This document shows positions 53,011 through 64,000 of a stretch of 64,000 bases of DNA, one piece after another (the first letter of the stretch is position 1; each line of letters starts with the position of its first letter). The position numbers and the translations under genes are program-made. Below the pieces are notes generated by a model. The model worked only from the letters and a program-made list of their open reading frames with translations, did no database searches and was not told the DNA's origin. Source of the stretch: Octopus vulgaris (lineage: Eukaryota); the NCBI GenBank assembly GCA_951406725.2, contig OX597826.1:78926001-78990000 (forward strand), read 5' to 3'.

Positions 53011-54574
53011 GCAGTTTGTATCATGTACCTTCCCCATATTTGTACATTAGTCACAATGCGTTTCACATTATTTTTGTTTTTGAATGATGCCACCATGCTG
53101 CTGGCTCTGCGAGCTGGCTCACATCTGACCGGAAGGATATTCCGGTGCAGGGTGACCCATATACAGCTGAGATGACCGGAACAATGTGTAATGAAGTGTT
53201 TTGGTCAAGAACACAATGCACTGCCTGGTTGAGGAATTGAACCCATGGTCTAGTGATTGTGAGTGCCTACAGAAAGAAAGAAAGAGAGAGAGAGAGAGAG
53301 TATGCCACTGATATACTTCTGTGCTTTTCAACACTATGTCTATGGAGGAAGCTTTCTCAAGACAAATACTGCAGTTTCATGGCTTTCACTAGTGTATCCA
53401 CATTAAGTAAAATATACAGAATTCCATTCTGAAGCAATATTGCTTCCCTCACTAATGACTTTATATATAGTCATATATACACATATATATTATATGTGTA
53501 CACAAGTGTGACTGGGTTAAGAGGTTTGCTTCCCAACCCTGTGGTTTCAGGTTTCGTCTTACTGTGTGCCACCTTGGGCAAATGTCTTCTTCTATGTACT
53601 GTATCGTTGAATGGATTTGTTAAATGGAAACTGGAAGAAGCTCATTGTGTGTGTTTGTATTTTCCCATCTTGTAACAAGTGTCAGTGTCATACGAGTGAT
53701 GTGATTTGTGTTCAGTCTTCCATGGAAACCATGTCCAGTCATGGAGAAATATTCTTTTCTACTCTAGGCACAAGGCCTGAAATTTTGGGGGAAGGGGTGG
53801 GCAGTTGATTAGGTTGACCCCAGTATGCAACTGGTACTATCGACCCTGAAAGGATGAAAGGCAAAGTTGACCTCGGTGGAATTTGAACTCAGAATGTAAA
53901 GGTCAGACGAAACCCTGCTAGGCATTTCACTTGGTGTGCAAATGTTTCTGTCGGCTCACCATCTTACCTTACAGTGAAGGTTGTTGATAGGAAAGGCATC
54001 TGACCACAGAACATTTGGCTCAAGGAATTCCATCTGACCCATGCATGCATGGAAAAGTAAATGTTACAATATATGCAAATAAACACAAAATACTTGTCTC
54101 TTTTATGCTGGCATGGATGGTTCAACAGGCAGAACCTGAGTCGGAGGACTGCATTGAACTCCAGTGTTTGTTGTATGGGGTTTCTAAAAGCTGAATGCTT
54201 TTTCTAACTCTGACCACTTTACAGTGTGTACTGGATGCTTTCCATGGCAACATCACCAACGAGGTTGCCATGTCACTTGCAAAACCAAGAAAAGACTCTT
54301 GGTTGAGTTGGGGTTCTGGTAGAGAAGAATGTGGCTGTTCATATGTTTGTAATTTTGATGGGAAATTAAAATTTAGATTACATTAATCCCTTGCCATATC
54401 GTGGGTCACCTATCGTGTCCTCAGTACGTCACAGATTTTTCTGGCTGATATATGTGAATTTATATCATAGAATCCTCAGTATATCTGGGTTTCTGTAGCT
54501 GATAGGTATTTATATTTTTTAAATTTTAATTATTTCTGCGAGAGATTTTGGAATGTCAAGGGATTATATTGGAG

Positions 54575-54910
54575 TCCCCCTTTGGTCATGACTGACCATG
54601 GGATTCCACCTAGAAAGTTACCCTCCGAGGCACAAGTCTGGGCAAGGTTGTTTATGGAAGACCAGCAGTCACCCATGCATACCAACCTCCCCTCTGCACA
54701 CCACTGATGTTATCCAAAGGAAAGGCAAAGGGGCCGATACAACTTGGCACCAGTGATGTCGCAACTCATTTCTACAGCTGAGTGAACTGGAGCAACATGA
54801 AATAAAGTGTCTTGCTCAAGAACACAAAACACAGGCCAGTCTGGGAAGCGAACTCACAACCTCACGATCATAAGCTCGATGCTCTAACCACTGAGCCATG
54901 CGCCTTCACG
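54575..54910 (-). mobile_element. tRNA-headed SINE family D
   Basis: Minus head gtgaaggcgcatggctcagtggttagagc...gagttcgcttccc. Confidence 0.85.
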
Positions 54911-55296
54911 TCAAGGGGTTACTGCACTTTAAAATAGAAAATTTGCGTTGTAGAACCAGAGGAGATTAAGCCTTTGAATTATAGGTACAATGCATTTGAT
55001 AGGCTTCTGCACAGTTTCTTTTTGTTCCTAACGGCCTTGAGTATGGTAAAAACACTTGCCCAAGATACCATGCAAGTGGTGTTGCGCATAGGATCCTTGT
55101 GATTGTGAAATAACTTATAATGTTTAAAAGCATTCCATCATCACTCAACCATGCTTCAGAATTCTTACCATTTTACATTCAAATGTCTTCCTTATGGTCA
55201 TTTGCTTCTTGGAATCACTGTCTACGTAGCACTCCAATATTTGTCCCCTTTAGTTCTGTATGTTCTAAACCAATTACCTTAGGTTTCATTAAGCTT

Positions 55297-55830
55297 CATC
55301 ATTGTCGTTTAATGTCTGCTTTCTATGTTGGCATGGGTTGAATAGTTTGACTGAGGACTGGTGAGCCAGGAGACTGCACCAGACTCCAGTCTGATCTGGC
55401 AGTGTTTCTACAGCTGGATGCCCTTCCTAACACCAACCACTCCGAGAGTATAGTGGGTGCTTTTACATGCCACCTCCATGGGTGCCAGTCTGGCGGCATT
55501 GGCAATGACCGCATTTGAATGTTGTTTTTCACGTACCAGTAATACGACGCTCACAATGATCATGCTTGAATGGTACTTTTTATGTGCCACTGGCTCGAGA
55601 GCCAATCAGCCGCCCTGGCAACGATCACGCTCGGATGGTGCTTTTAACGTCCCACTGGCATGAGTGCCAATCAGGCAGTACTGTCATTGGCCACGTCAGC
55701 GATTTTGATTTCACTTGTCTCAATAGGTCTTTGCAAGCAAAGTTTATTGTCCAATGAATGAGGGGTACTCATAAGTGGGCTGGTTATACCCACTGGCATT
55801 GGCCATGGGTTACGGTCTCACTTGACTTGT
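55297..55830 (-). mobile_element. (GAT)n-tailed retroposon with internal repeats
   Basis: Matches 15563-16053. Confidence 0.8.
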
Positions 55831-55989
55831 CGGGTTTTATGAATTGAAACCCCACAGACCTGTTTTTTTTGTCTCTTTTCCTCTCTTTGGTCTCAATATG
55901 GACTGATGTCTCCATTTGGCACAATCAGTGACACGTCTATCTCTCTTAGAAGTCACAAATAGAGTAAAATTCAAACAAAATAAACTAGG

Positions 55990-56340
55990 CTTGGCTGTGT
56001 GGTAAGAAGTTTGCTTCCCAACGACATGGTTCTAGGTTCAGTCCCACTACATGGCGACTTGGGTAAATGTCTTTTACTATAGCCTTGGGCCAACCAAATC
56101 TTTGTGAGTAGATTTGGCAGACGGAAACCGAAAAGAAACCCGTCGAGTGTGTGTGTGTTTATTCCCCACCACTGCTTGACACCTAGTGTTGGTGTCTATG
56201 TCCCCATAACTTAGTGGTTCGGCAAAAAAAGTCCAACAGAAAAGTACCAAAAAACAGTAAGCATGGGTGTCAGTTTGTTCTGCAAGGTGGTGCTCCAGCA
56301 TGGCTGCAGTCTAATGACTGAAACCAGTAAAAGATAAAAG
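55990..56340 (+). mobile_element. SINE family A copy (diverged)
   Basis: Similarity to other copies. Confidence 0.8.
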
Positions 56341-57057
56341 CTAAGAATATCACAAAATTGAGAGATATCACCACCAACAACTGTAGTGTGATCAATCTAA
56401 AAAATGTCCAGCTCCATCTCCCGGTCAACTGTGGGCTGCTCAGTAAACAAACCTGGCAGCTGCGGGATTTTCAAATTCCTGTTTGTCATTTTACCTGGAT
56501 TAAAGAAGAGACTGGACAATCTTTTGCTGGATATTTAGAGTTGCACCTGTATTTGTATAGTTATTTGTGGATTTATTTTTATACATACATGCATACGTGG
56601 TAGGTATGTGTGATTTTGTATGCATATATATATACATTTATATTTGGGTGTATGCATGTCTCTATATGTCTAAGCATGTATATGTGTGTAGTGATATATT
56701 TATACACACTGTGGAGCTTGGTTTACGAATTTAATTTGTTCCTGAAGGCTGTTCCTCACCTGAAATGTTTGTTAACTAAAATGATTTTTCCTGTAGGAAA
56801 TTCAGGAGAAGGCACAGCAAATTCAAGCGGGGATATGCTCTGAGTGAAAACTAGACTGCAACAGGTGCCCTCTCATAGATACACCCTGCTTGTCACCAAC
56901 CTTTGTTGCAGGCTTCTGTGTTCATTACTTGAGACACTGTTTGTCACCTGAGATGTTTTATGTTAAAAAATTTGTTCATGATGAGAGGTGTTTGTAAACT
57001 GAGGTTCCACTGTATATATTAAAAAGACAGACAGATAGATAGCTTGTATAATATATA

Positions 57058-57157
57058 TATAATCAAAATAAGCAACAAGGATATCCAAGGTAGTGTAGTA
57101 CAATCGTTTCATGCTACTACACTACCTTGGATATCCTTGTTGCTTATTTTGATTATA
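57058..57157. repeat. Perfect 43-bp inverted repeat, 14-nt loop
   Basis: 57058-57100 is the reverse complement of 57115-57157. Confidence 0.95.
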
Positions 57158-57250
57158 AACACCCCATTTCATTTATATGGATAATACCATACCAGATTCT
57201 GGTGCCTTTAAATTAAGTACCATATTCATCTGAATCTAAATTTTGCTGAA

Positions 57251-57292
<42 letters not shown>

Positions 57293-57368
57293 TATGGTGA
57301 TGCAAAGAGGGAAAATAGAACTCAAAATATGAGAGTATATTTTTATTAATATTTAGCAGAAGCAACAG

Positions 57369-57412
57369 AATGACTCAAGGGGAGAGTTTCATGCGTTGGC
57401 ACTTATCAAAGC
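57369..57412 (-). ncRNA. Hammerhead motif, U3-A8 core (family of 40068)
   Basis: TTGATAA gtgc-caac-gcat GAA actc-tcccctt-gagt C; helix I weak. Confidence 0.55.
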
Positions 57413-57427
57413 TTGATGCGTGCTAAC

Positions 57428-57684
57428 CAGGGCTGTGGAGTCAAAACAAAAGACTTTGACTCTGACTCCTCTACTATTGACTCCTCTTTATGTAATTAAA
57501 GTGATTTTGGTCTACATATCTCATAAAACATATGCATACACTTGTACTTTGAGCAGGTCTTTATGTTATAACTGGTTTATATTAAAGAATAAAGATATTA
57601 CGAGTTGGAGTTGGTGTAGTTTTACCATCTCTGACTCCAACTCCAGATACGCCTTAATTGTTTCTGACTGACTCCACAGCCCTG
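57428..57684. mobile_element. hAT-type MITE
   Basis: 15-bp TIR cagggctgtggagtc / gactccacagccctg; 8-bp TSD gtgctaac / gtgctaaa. Confidence 0.9.
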
Positions 57685-57728
57685 GTGCTAAAACACATTC
57701 GAGTTGCTGTGTTGCTTCTGCTAAATAT

Positions 57729-57759
<31 letters not shown>

Positions 57760-58011
57760 CATTTAACACCCACTTTCCATGCAATATATATGTGATTATA
57801 ACCAAGGAGAATGGAGTGAGAGAGAACTTTTTTATTTCATTGCTTTACAATTGTTTCCTCAAACATCAATCTCGTGTGCATTGCTATATTATTCAACAAT
57901 ACATGCAGCCGTTAATACATGTGGTGTTCTTGATACATTATCAAAGACTGATTCTGATGAATCATACGAAAAGGTTATTTAATAGGGAACTCCTGGATTA
58001 ACACCCAAATG

Positions 58012-58048
<37 letters not shown>

Positions 58049-58049
<1 letters not shown>

Positions 58050-58279
58050 TCTTAACTGGTACATCACACATATTGAGAAGAGCATTGTCGATGTGAGAAC
58101 TGTTGCTGCTCATGTATTTTAATTTAACTTAAAAAAAAAAAAATAAAAAAAAAAAATGAACGAACTACTGAGTTTGGTTTAATGGCCTACCATTGTATAC
58201 TATGAGTTTCTTTGCCCTAGGAGTCGGGAAGACACTCGGCAAGAAATGGAAGCAAATTTGAAAGAAGAAAAAAAAAAGT
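58049..58279 (+). mobile_element. R4/Dong-like LINE 3' end in (TAA)n
   Basis: VLTGTSHILRRALSM* resembles the xLLGTAHILRRVL C-terminus of restriction-like-endonuclease LINEs; (TAA)n on both sides. Confidence 0.75.
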
Positions 58280-58653
58280 AATAATAATAATAATATCTAT
58301 ATAAAGGTAGAATGACAGATAAACACTGGTAGGCTTCAATTGTTTGTTTACATGGTGTATGAAATACAGATTACAGAATAAAGACAAAAGGAATTATGCA
58401 GAGTCTTATATGGGCAGTTGTTTTGGGACATAGCTTGTGTAATAACCACATTCATTCATAATATGTGCATGATGTCAGGTGTGTGGCACACCTGAAGTTC
58501 CAAAAAGTATTAAGGCAAGTAAAGTGACTCTCCCCAAGACAAAGATGGCAAATACAAACATATGTGTAGACAGACAGATAGGTATGTGTATAGGTATGTA
58601 TGTATATGTGTGTAGATAGGTATGTATGTATATGTGTAGGTAGGTAGGTATGT

Positions 58654-58950
58654 ACTAGGGCTAGGCAAAATAAAGGAAACGCCTTGTTTAATGGAAGTTG
58701 TAGTCTTTAATAAGGAATTGGTCTAACTTTGGCATTAATCTCACTTTGATAATTTGAAGAATTTGACTTCAACATGTTCTGAATAGTTGTTAGGGGAATT
58801 TTGTGCAATTCTTTGAATAAAACCTGCTTCAGTTCATTCAGTGTTGGTGATAGAGAGAAAGAACTCCTCTCTTGCTGTTCCAAATGTACCGTAAATGTTC
58901 AATTATTTTGAGATCCAGTGATTGTGGAGGCCAATCCAAGACCTTCACTT
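58654..58950 (-). mobile_element. Tc1-like transposase C-terminal relic and end
   Basis: EVKVLDWPPQSLDLKIIEHL (WPPQSPDLNPIE motif). Confidence 0.85.
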
Positions 58951-59064
58951 CCTTCCCCCATCCATCCCTCCCTCCCTTTTTCTCCCTTATTTCTTTTTTT
59001 TCTCTTTTCTCTTATGTTGTCTCATGGTTAGTTTCTTTTTCCATGAGACATTCACATGTTGGTC

Positions 59065-59330
59065 TTCATCAGCCACATGTGATCCCAACCAACTATGTGG
59101 TCTTAATCAACCATGCGTGTTTTTAATCTTCTACATGTGTTTTTAATCAACTACATGTGTTTCTAATTAGCTACTTGCCTCTAATCAACTACATATGTTT
59201 CTAATTAGCTACATGTGTTCCTAATCAGTTTCATGTGATCCTAATCAACTGTATGTGTTTCTAACTGACTTCATGTGATCCTAACGGACTACATTTCACC
59301 TTAATCATCTACATGGGATTTTAATCCTCT
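59065..59330. repeat. 20-bp minisatellite (ctaatcaactacatgtgttt), about 13 diverged copies
   Basis: Direct reading. Confidence 0.85.
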
Positions 59331-59467
59331 ACCTGTTGTTTCTGCCAGGAAGTAAACCTAGAGGACGGAAGGTGGGGGAGGGAAACTATCTCCAAGACAA
59401 ATATCTGTGGTTAACGAAGAAGGAAAATAATAAAGAATGCTATCTAATTAATTAATTAATGGATTAA

Positions 59468-59680
59468 GGTGGTGAGCTGGCAGAATTGTTAGCATGCCAG
59501 GTAAACTGCTTGGTGGCATTCCGTCCGTTTGTATGTTCAGAGTTCAAATTCCACAGAGGTCAGCTTTGTCTTTTGTCCTTTATGGGGATTGATAAAATAA
59601 GTACCAGTTGAATACTGGGGTTGACGTAATCAACTTAGCCCCTTCCTCTGAAATTGCTGGCCTTGTGCCAAAATTTTAAA
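59468..59680 (+). mobile_element. SINE family B copy
   Basis: Similarity to other copies. Confidence 0.85.
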
Positions 59681-59849
59681 CCTATTAACGGAGTCAATGT
59701 ATGGCAGCTTGATCTATTAGAAATAGCAACTAAATTGTCCTCAAATCACATCCTTTCATCTTAAAAGATAAGACACATTAGATAATGTAATCCGAGATAC
59801 ACTGTACTTAAAGAAAAGAGTGGATGACCAAGGCTAACTTAAAGATTAA

Positions 59850-60072
59850 CCCATTAACTCCCAGAGTACTTAAATTTCTGAATATTACTTTTAAATTTTT
59901 ACAGATGATTGAAAATAGGTTAAAATGTAAAAAATAATCATTAAAACTCCTTTACTTCAAGTAGAAATGGAAATACTCGGTGTCCTATAAATAGGACACT
60001 GAGACAATGTGATATAGCTTATTTAAGGTTCTCATCTAGTGTCCTATTTATAGGACAGTAGGACTTAATGGG
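59850..60072. mobile_element. piggyBac-type MITE
   Basis: TTAA|cccattaactcc ... ggacttaatggg|TTAA; two internal gtgtcctatwwataggaca palindromes. Confidence 0.85.
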
Positions 60073-61240
60073 TTAAGCAAAATAGCAGCTGATATTTGAT
60101 TAAATAACATATCTGAAGATAGACAGGAATGAGGGAAGCGGTTTATATTTACAAATTTATAGTTTTTGTTCAGCCCTAAGATTAGAGCTATGATCAGACA
60201 TTCCAGCCATGATCAACTCATTTTTTTGCTTATTTGTAATATCTCCGACTATATTGACCAATATCTCCAAACTTTTAAAACAGTGTAGGATGCAATGTGA
60301 TTTTTAAAAGAATGTTGTTGCTATTTCTAACTGGTCAAACGGTCATGTAGAAGCTTTATTATTGGCTCAAAATCTTATGATGTCAATTCTAGGTTAGATA
60401 GTTCCTGCTCAGTGGCGCCTCCATGGCGGTGATGCGGTGGTGTTTCAATAGCTGTCTGTTGATTGGTGTTTTCTTCATAAAGACTAGATTTTTAAACTTC
60501 AAAGATGTATGTGCTGAAGATTTACCATCTTGTGGTTTGAAATAGGAGAATATGGAGAACAGAAGAAAACGAAGAAATACTCAAACCATTTGTTTACTAA
60601 TAAGATTTCTGATAGCTTCCACATACCACACCCTTCTTTATGTTCTACATCCTGTTCTTATGTAAGATAAATTGATTATTTTTAAAAATAATTTTATTTA
60701 TCATACCTCATTCTTACGAAGGTTAAATGGCTCAAATATGCCACCTGTCTTGCGATAGAATAAATAGTCAAGCAGCAGCGTTTCTTTGCCATTCCCAGGC
60801 TCTGTGGCCAGTTAGGAATATTTATTTACCACACTCTATCTTAAATAGTTAAGTTAGTGTTAACATATTTAAAGCAGAGAGTAATGAAAGAAAACAAAAC
60901 TAACGAGGGGTAATTACACGGTGAGACATTATATATGAAAAGAGGAAGGCACGTGGCCTAGTGGTTAGGATGTTGCACTGACAATTGCCAGACTGCGAGT
61001 TCAATTCCCATACTGGACAGCACATTGTGTTCTTGAGCAAAACGCTTCATTTCTCATTGCTCTGCAGGTGGGAGAGTAGCAGAATCATTGGTGCATCGGC
61101 AGAGGTGCTTTACAGTATATCTTCCAGTTCTCTGTGTTCTAAGTTCAAATCCTACCTGCCTGGAGAAGGCAACGGGAAACCATTCCAGTATTCATCTCAA
61201 GTCTAGTCATGTTTAGCCGAAGTTCCAAACAGCAGCAGAG

Positions 61241-61739
61241 TGGAGGCGCAATGGCCCAGTGGTTAGGGTAACGGACCCATGGTCTTAAGAATGAGGTTTC
61301 GATTCCCAGACTGGGCATTGTGAGTGTTTATTGAGCAAAAACACCTAAGCTCCATGAGGCTCCAGCGGGGGTGGGGGTGGAGTGAAGGGGGGTGAACCCC
61401 CACTGTACTCTTTCACCACAACTTTCTCTCTTTCTTCCTACTTCTGCCCCAAAGCAGAGGAACCCTGGTGTAACCCACTATGGTGTGGTAAACTTTCAGA
61501 CCCTAGTCTAGATTGTGAATCCTCTGTACCCCAGGATTGTTCAGCTCTCCACCCGTTAAAAGCCACCGTTTACGGAATGAGGATAACAACACAGCTTTCA
61601 TGCCCGTGCAACCGCCAGTCTATCGTGTGTGGTGGGTGGATCTTCAAGTTGCCACACGCATTCTTAGTGGCTTAGAGTAGGCTCGAATTAGAGATTATTC
61701 TTTGTGGCTAATGGCGTGAGTCCTGAGTGGAAGAAGAAG
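61241..61739 (+). mobile_element. SINE family C head with a third type of 3' module and (GAA)n tail
   Basis: 13-bp TSD aacagcagcagag at 61228-61240 and 61740-61752. Confidence 0.85.
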
Positions 61740-62251
61740 AACAGCAGCAGAGGAGGATACAAGTCCTTGTAGGTCATATAGGGAGTGCTGGAGAAGGTTC
61801 ACATGCACAGGACCTGCCCAAGGGAATTAAACTCGTGATCTGGCAATCGTAATTGCAACACCCTGACCACCAGACCACACACTTTGCACTTCTATGTATA
61901 ATGTCTTACCACAGACTAGACCAGATATATATATGGGTGGGTGGGTGTATGTGTGCATGGTGGGGAATAGACTGTTTAATAAAGGTTCATGTATATTTTT
62001 TTTTATACAGAGTGCAGTAAGGGCTGACCTAGAAATAATTATATTGGGAGACAGCTTGATGGTCATCATTGTTGTTTCAAGCCCAGTTTTCCATGCTTGC
62101 ATGGCTCAGAGGGAATCTGTTTAAGTGGATTTTCTAGAACTGTACAATGCTGTCTGTCTGTCTGTCTGTCTCAATCCACAACTGTTCCCAAGCAAGTAAA
62201 TAATTCTCCATGGCCAGAAATGTTTTCCATGGACTTCGCTGAACTTGTAAA

Positions 62252-62866
62252 CCCCTTTCATTACCAACCTGTCTGAAACCGGTTCTGGCTCTGAGTACAA
62301 ATGTCTTGTTTTCATATGTTTTGAATTAAAATCTTCCACCAAACCTTAGTCTCAATTTCTGTTCCTAACACTACTTGAATGATAACTAAGTTATTTTACT
62401 AAATTCTTTGTTATATTTAAAGTAATTTAAAGAAACACAGAGCAGGAGTGGTTGTGTGGTAAGTAGCTTGCTTACCAACCACATGGTTCCGGATTCAGTC
62501 CCACTGCGTGGCATCTTGGGCAAGTGTCCTCTACTATAGCCTCGGGCCGACCAATGCCTTGTGAGTGGATTTGGTAGACGGAAACTGAAAGAAGCCTGTC
62601 GTATATATGTATATATATATGTATGTGTGTGTATATGTTTGTGTGTCTGTGTTTGTCCCTCTAGCATTGGTGTGTTTATGTCCCCGTCATTTAGTGTTTC
62701 GGCAAAAGAGACCGATAGAATAAGTACTGGGCTTACAAAGAATAAGTCCCGGGGTCGATTTGCTCAACTAAAGGCGGTGCTCCAGCATGGCCGCAGTCAA
62801 ATGACTGAAACAAGTAAAAGAGTAAAAGAGAGAGAGCATCTCAAAATAAATACAGTAACGAAAGGG
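62252..62866. mobile_element. piggyBac-type MITE with nested SINE family A (about 62445-62832)
   Basis: Matches 26045-26261 on both sides of the SINE; agagca duplicated; right end ggg|TTAA. Confidence 0.85.
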
Positions 62867-63492
62867 TTAAAGTAGTGATGGCAGAATCTCTAAGTCAATG
62901 TACAAAATTTTATATGATTTGGATTTTACTCTCAAGAGTAATGTTCATTTATTCTCTCTCTTTCAAACACACACACACACGTGTTTTGAATTAATCAAAT
63001 TTTATCTCAGGTTTGAGATTTTCGATGATGTGATTGTTAATTTTCAGAATGACATTGTCAGGTAGGTGTGAGAGGCCAGATCCGGTCAGTTTGAACGTAA
63101 AACGGGTGGAGTATTTTGGGCTGGATTTGGCTGTAGGGTTACGGCATCTGATTGCGGGTCCCTATTTTGGGGGTTGCGGAGTTTTGAGAAATATGAAACC
63201 ACGTTTTGGCCCCTATTGTTCCCAGCTCTAATCTGACCGTTAGTAGCACCTGCCAGGGCCATAATTCTGTTTATATAGCAGGTAACCACCCAACCCAGGG
63301 TACATTGAAATCATGAGATGCAACATGATGGATGTGAACTATTTTGGCAGATGAACTTCTTGAATCAATGGTGAATGTCCCTAGATCTGTGGTTCTCAAC
63401 CTACTGACCCCTTTTTGTTTCTATTTTGCTCTGCTGGACCTTCATAACCATTTGATGTTTAAAACAAATTCTGCAATATTTTTATAATTAAA

Positions 63493-63855
63493 CTAGCAGT
63501 ATTGCTCGGGTTTGTTTTGACCCTTTAGAATTGGAATTTTTGAAAATGTAGCTTGTTATTCTCTTTAAGTGAACATTTTTCTGGTTGAAATACACCAAAA
63601 AATGGCGACACAGCAGTAAAAAAATTGTAAAAAATTGGGAATTTCATAGAAAAAAAGCACCTTTTTGATGTAAATAATTTTTGGTGTTAACATGGTCTGA
63701 TTTGAATTTTTTCTTCTAATGAAGGAAGAGCAAGCCTTCTTCTATCATACTCTCAATTTTGGTCAAGTTGCGCCACAGAGTCTCGGAGGAGATAGTGTTA
63801 GTTGAAGGCTACCAAACCTGCCATACACAGACAACTTCAGCTTTACATATATAGA
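63493..63855 (-). mobile_element. Non-autonomous Helitron
   Basis: Reverse complement of 47546-47935. Confidence 0.85.
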
Positions 63856-64000
63856 GATATTATCAAGAAATGTATAACAAGAATTGTTAAAATAAAATAT
63901 TTGTATTGTAAAAGTCTAAACAATTTAATGGAGATTAATTTTAACAGAAGAGTCTTAAGTGGACCCTCATTTAAGTGCTGCTGCACCAGATGCTGAGTGG

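Overview
AT-rich, microsatellite-dense eukaryotic intergenic or intronic DNA. The repeat repertoire looks like an octopus (cephalopod) genome; this is inferred from recall of the repeat families, not from a search. I found no intact cellular protein-coding gene. Almost all listed ORFs are translations of microsatellites or SINEs. The window is a mosaic of several tRNA-headed SINE families, decayed LINEs (RTE, L1/Tx1-like, R4/Dong-like), a Penelope-like RT relic, a Gypsy relic, a probable solo LTR, mariner/Tc1 relics, Helitron pieces, piggyBac- and hAT-type MITEs, foldback hairpins and tandem repeats. The most notable signal is about 12 short type-I hammerhead-ribozyme-like motifs from at least six sequence families. 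Several carry a compensatory U3-A8 core (UUGANAA), several sit in the loops of foldback repeats, and one lies inside a tRNA-headed SINE-like element next to the Penelope RT relic. Together these suggest a ribozyme-bearing, Penelope-dependent non-autonomous retroelement system. Other observations: a 94-bp tandem array whose units look like cassette exons, a near-perfect 91-bp palindrome with a distant templated copy, a LINE apparently targeting (GATA)n, and a YY1-containing island at a purine/pyrimidine strand switch. Repeat boundaries were placed by eye and are approximate unless a TSD is given.
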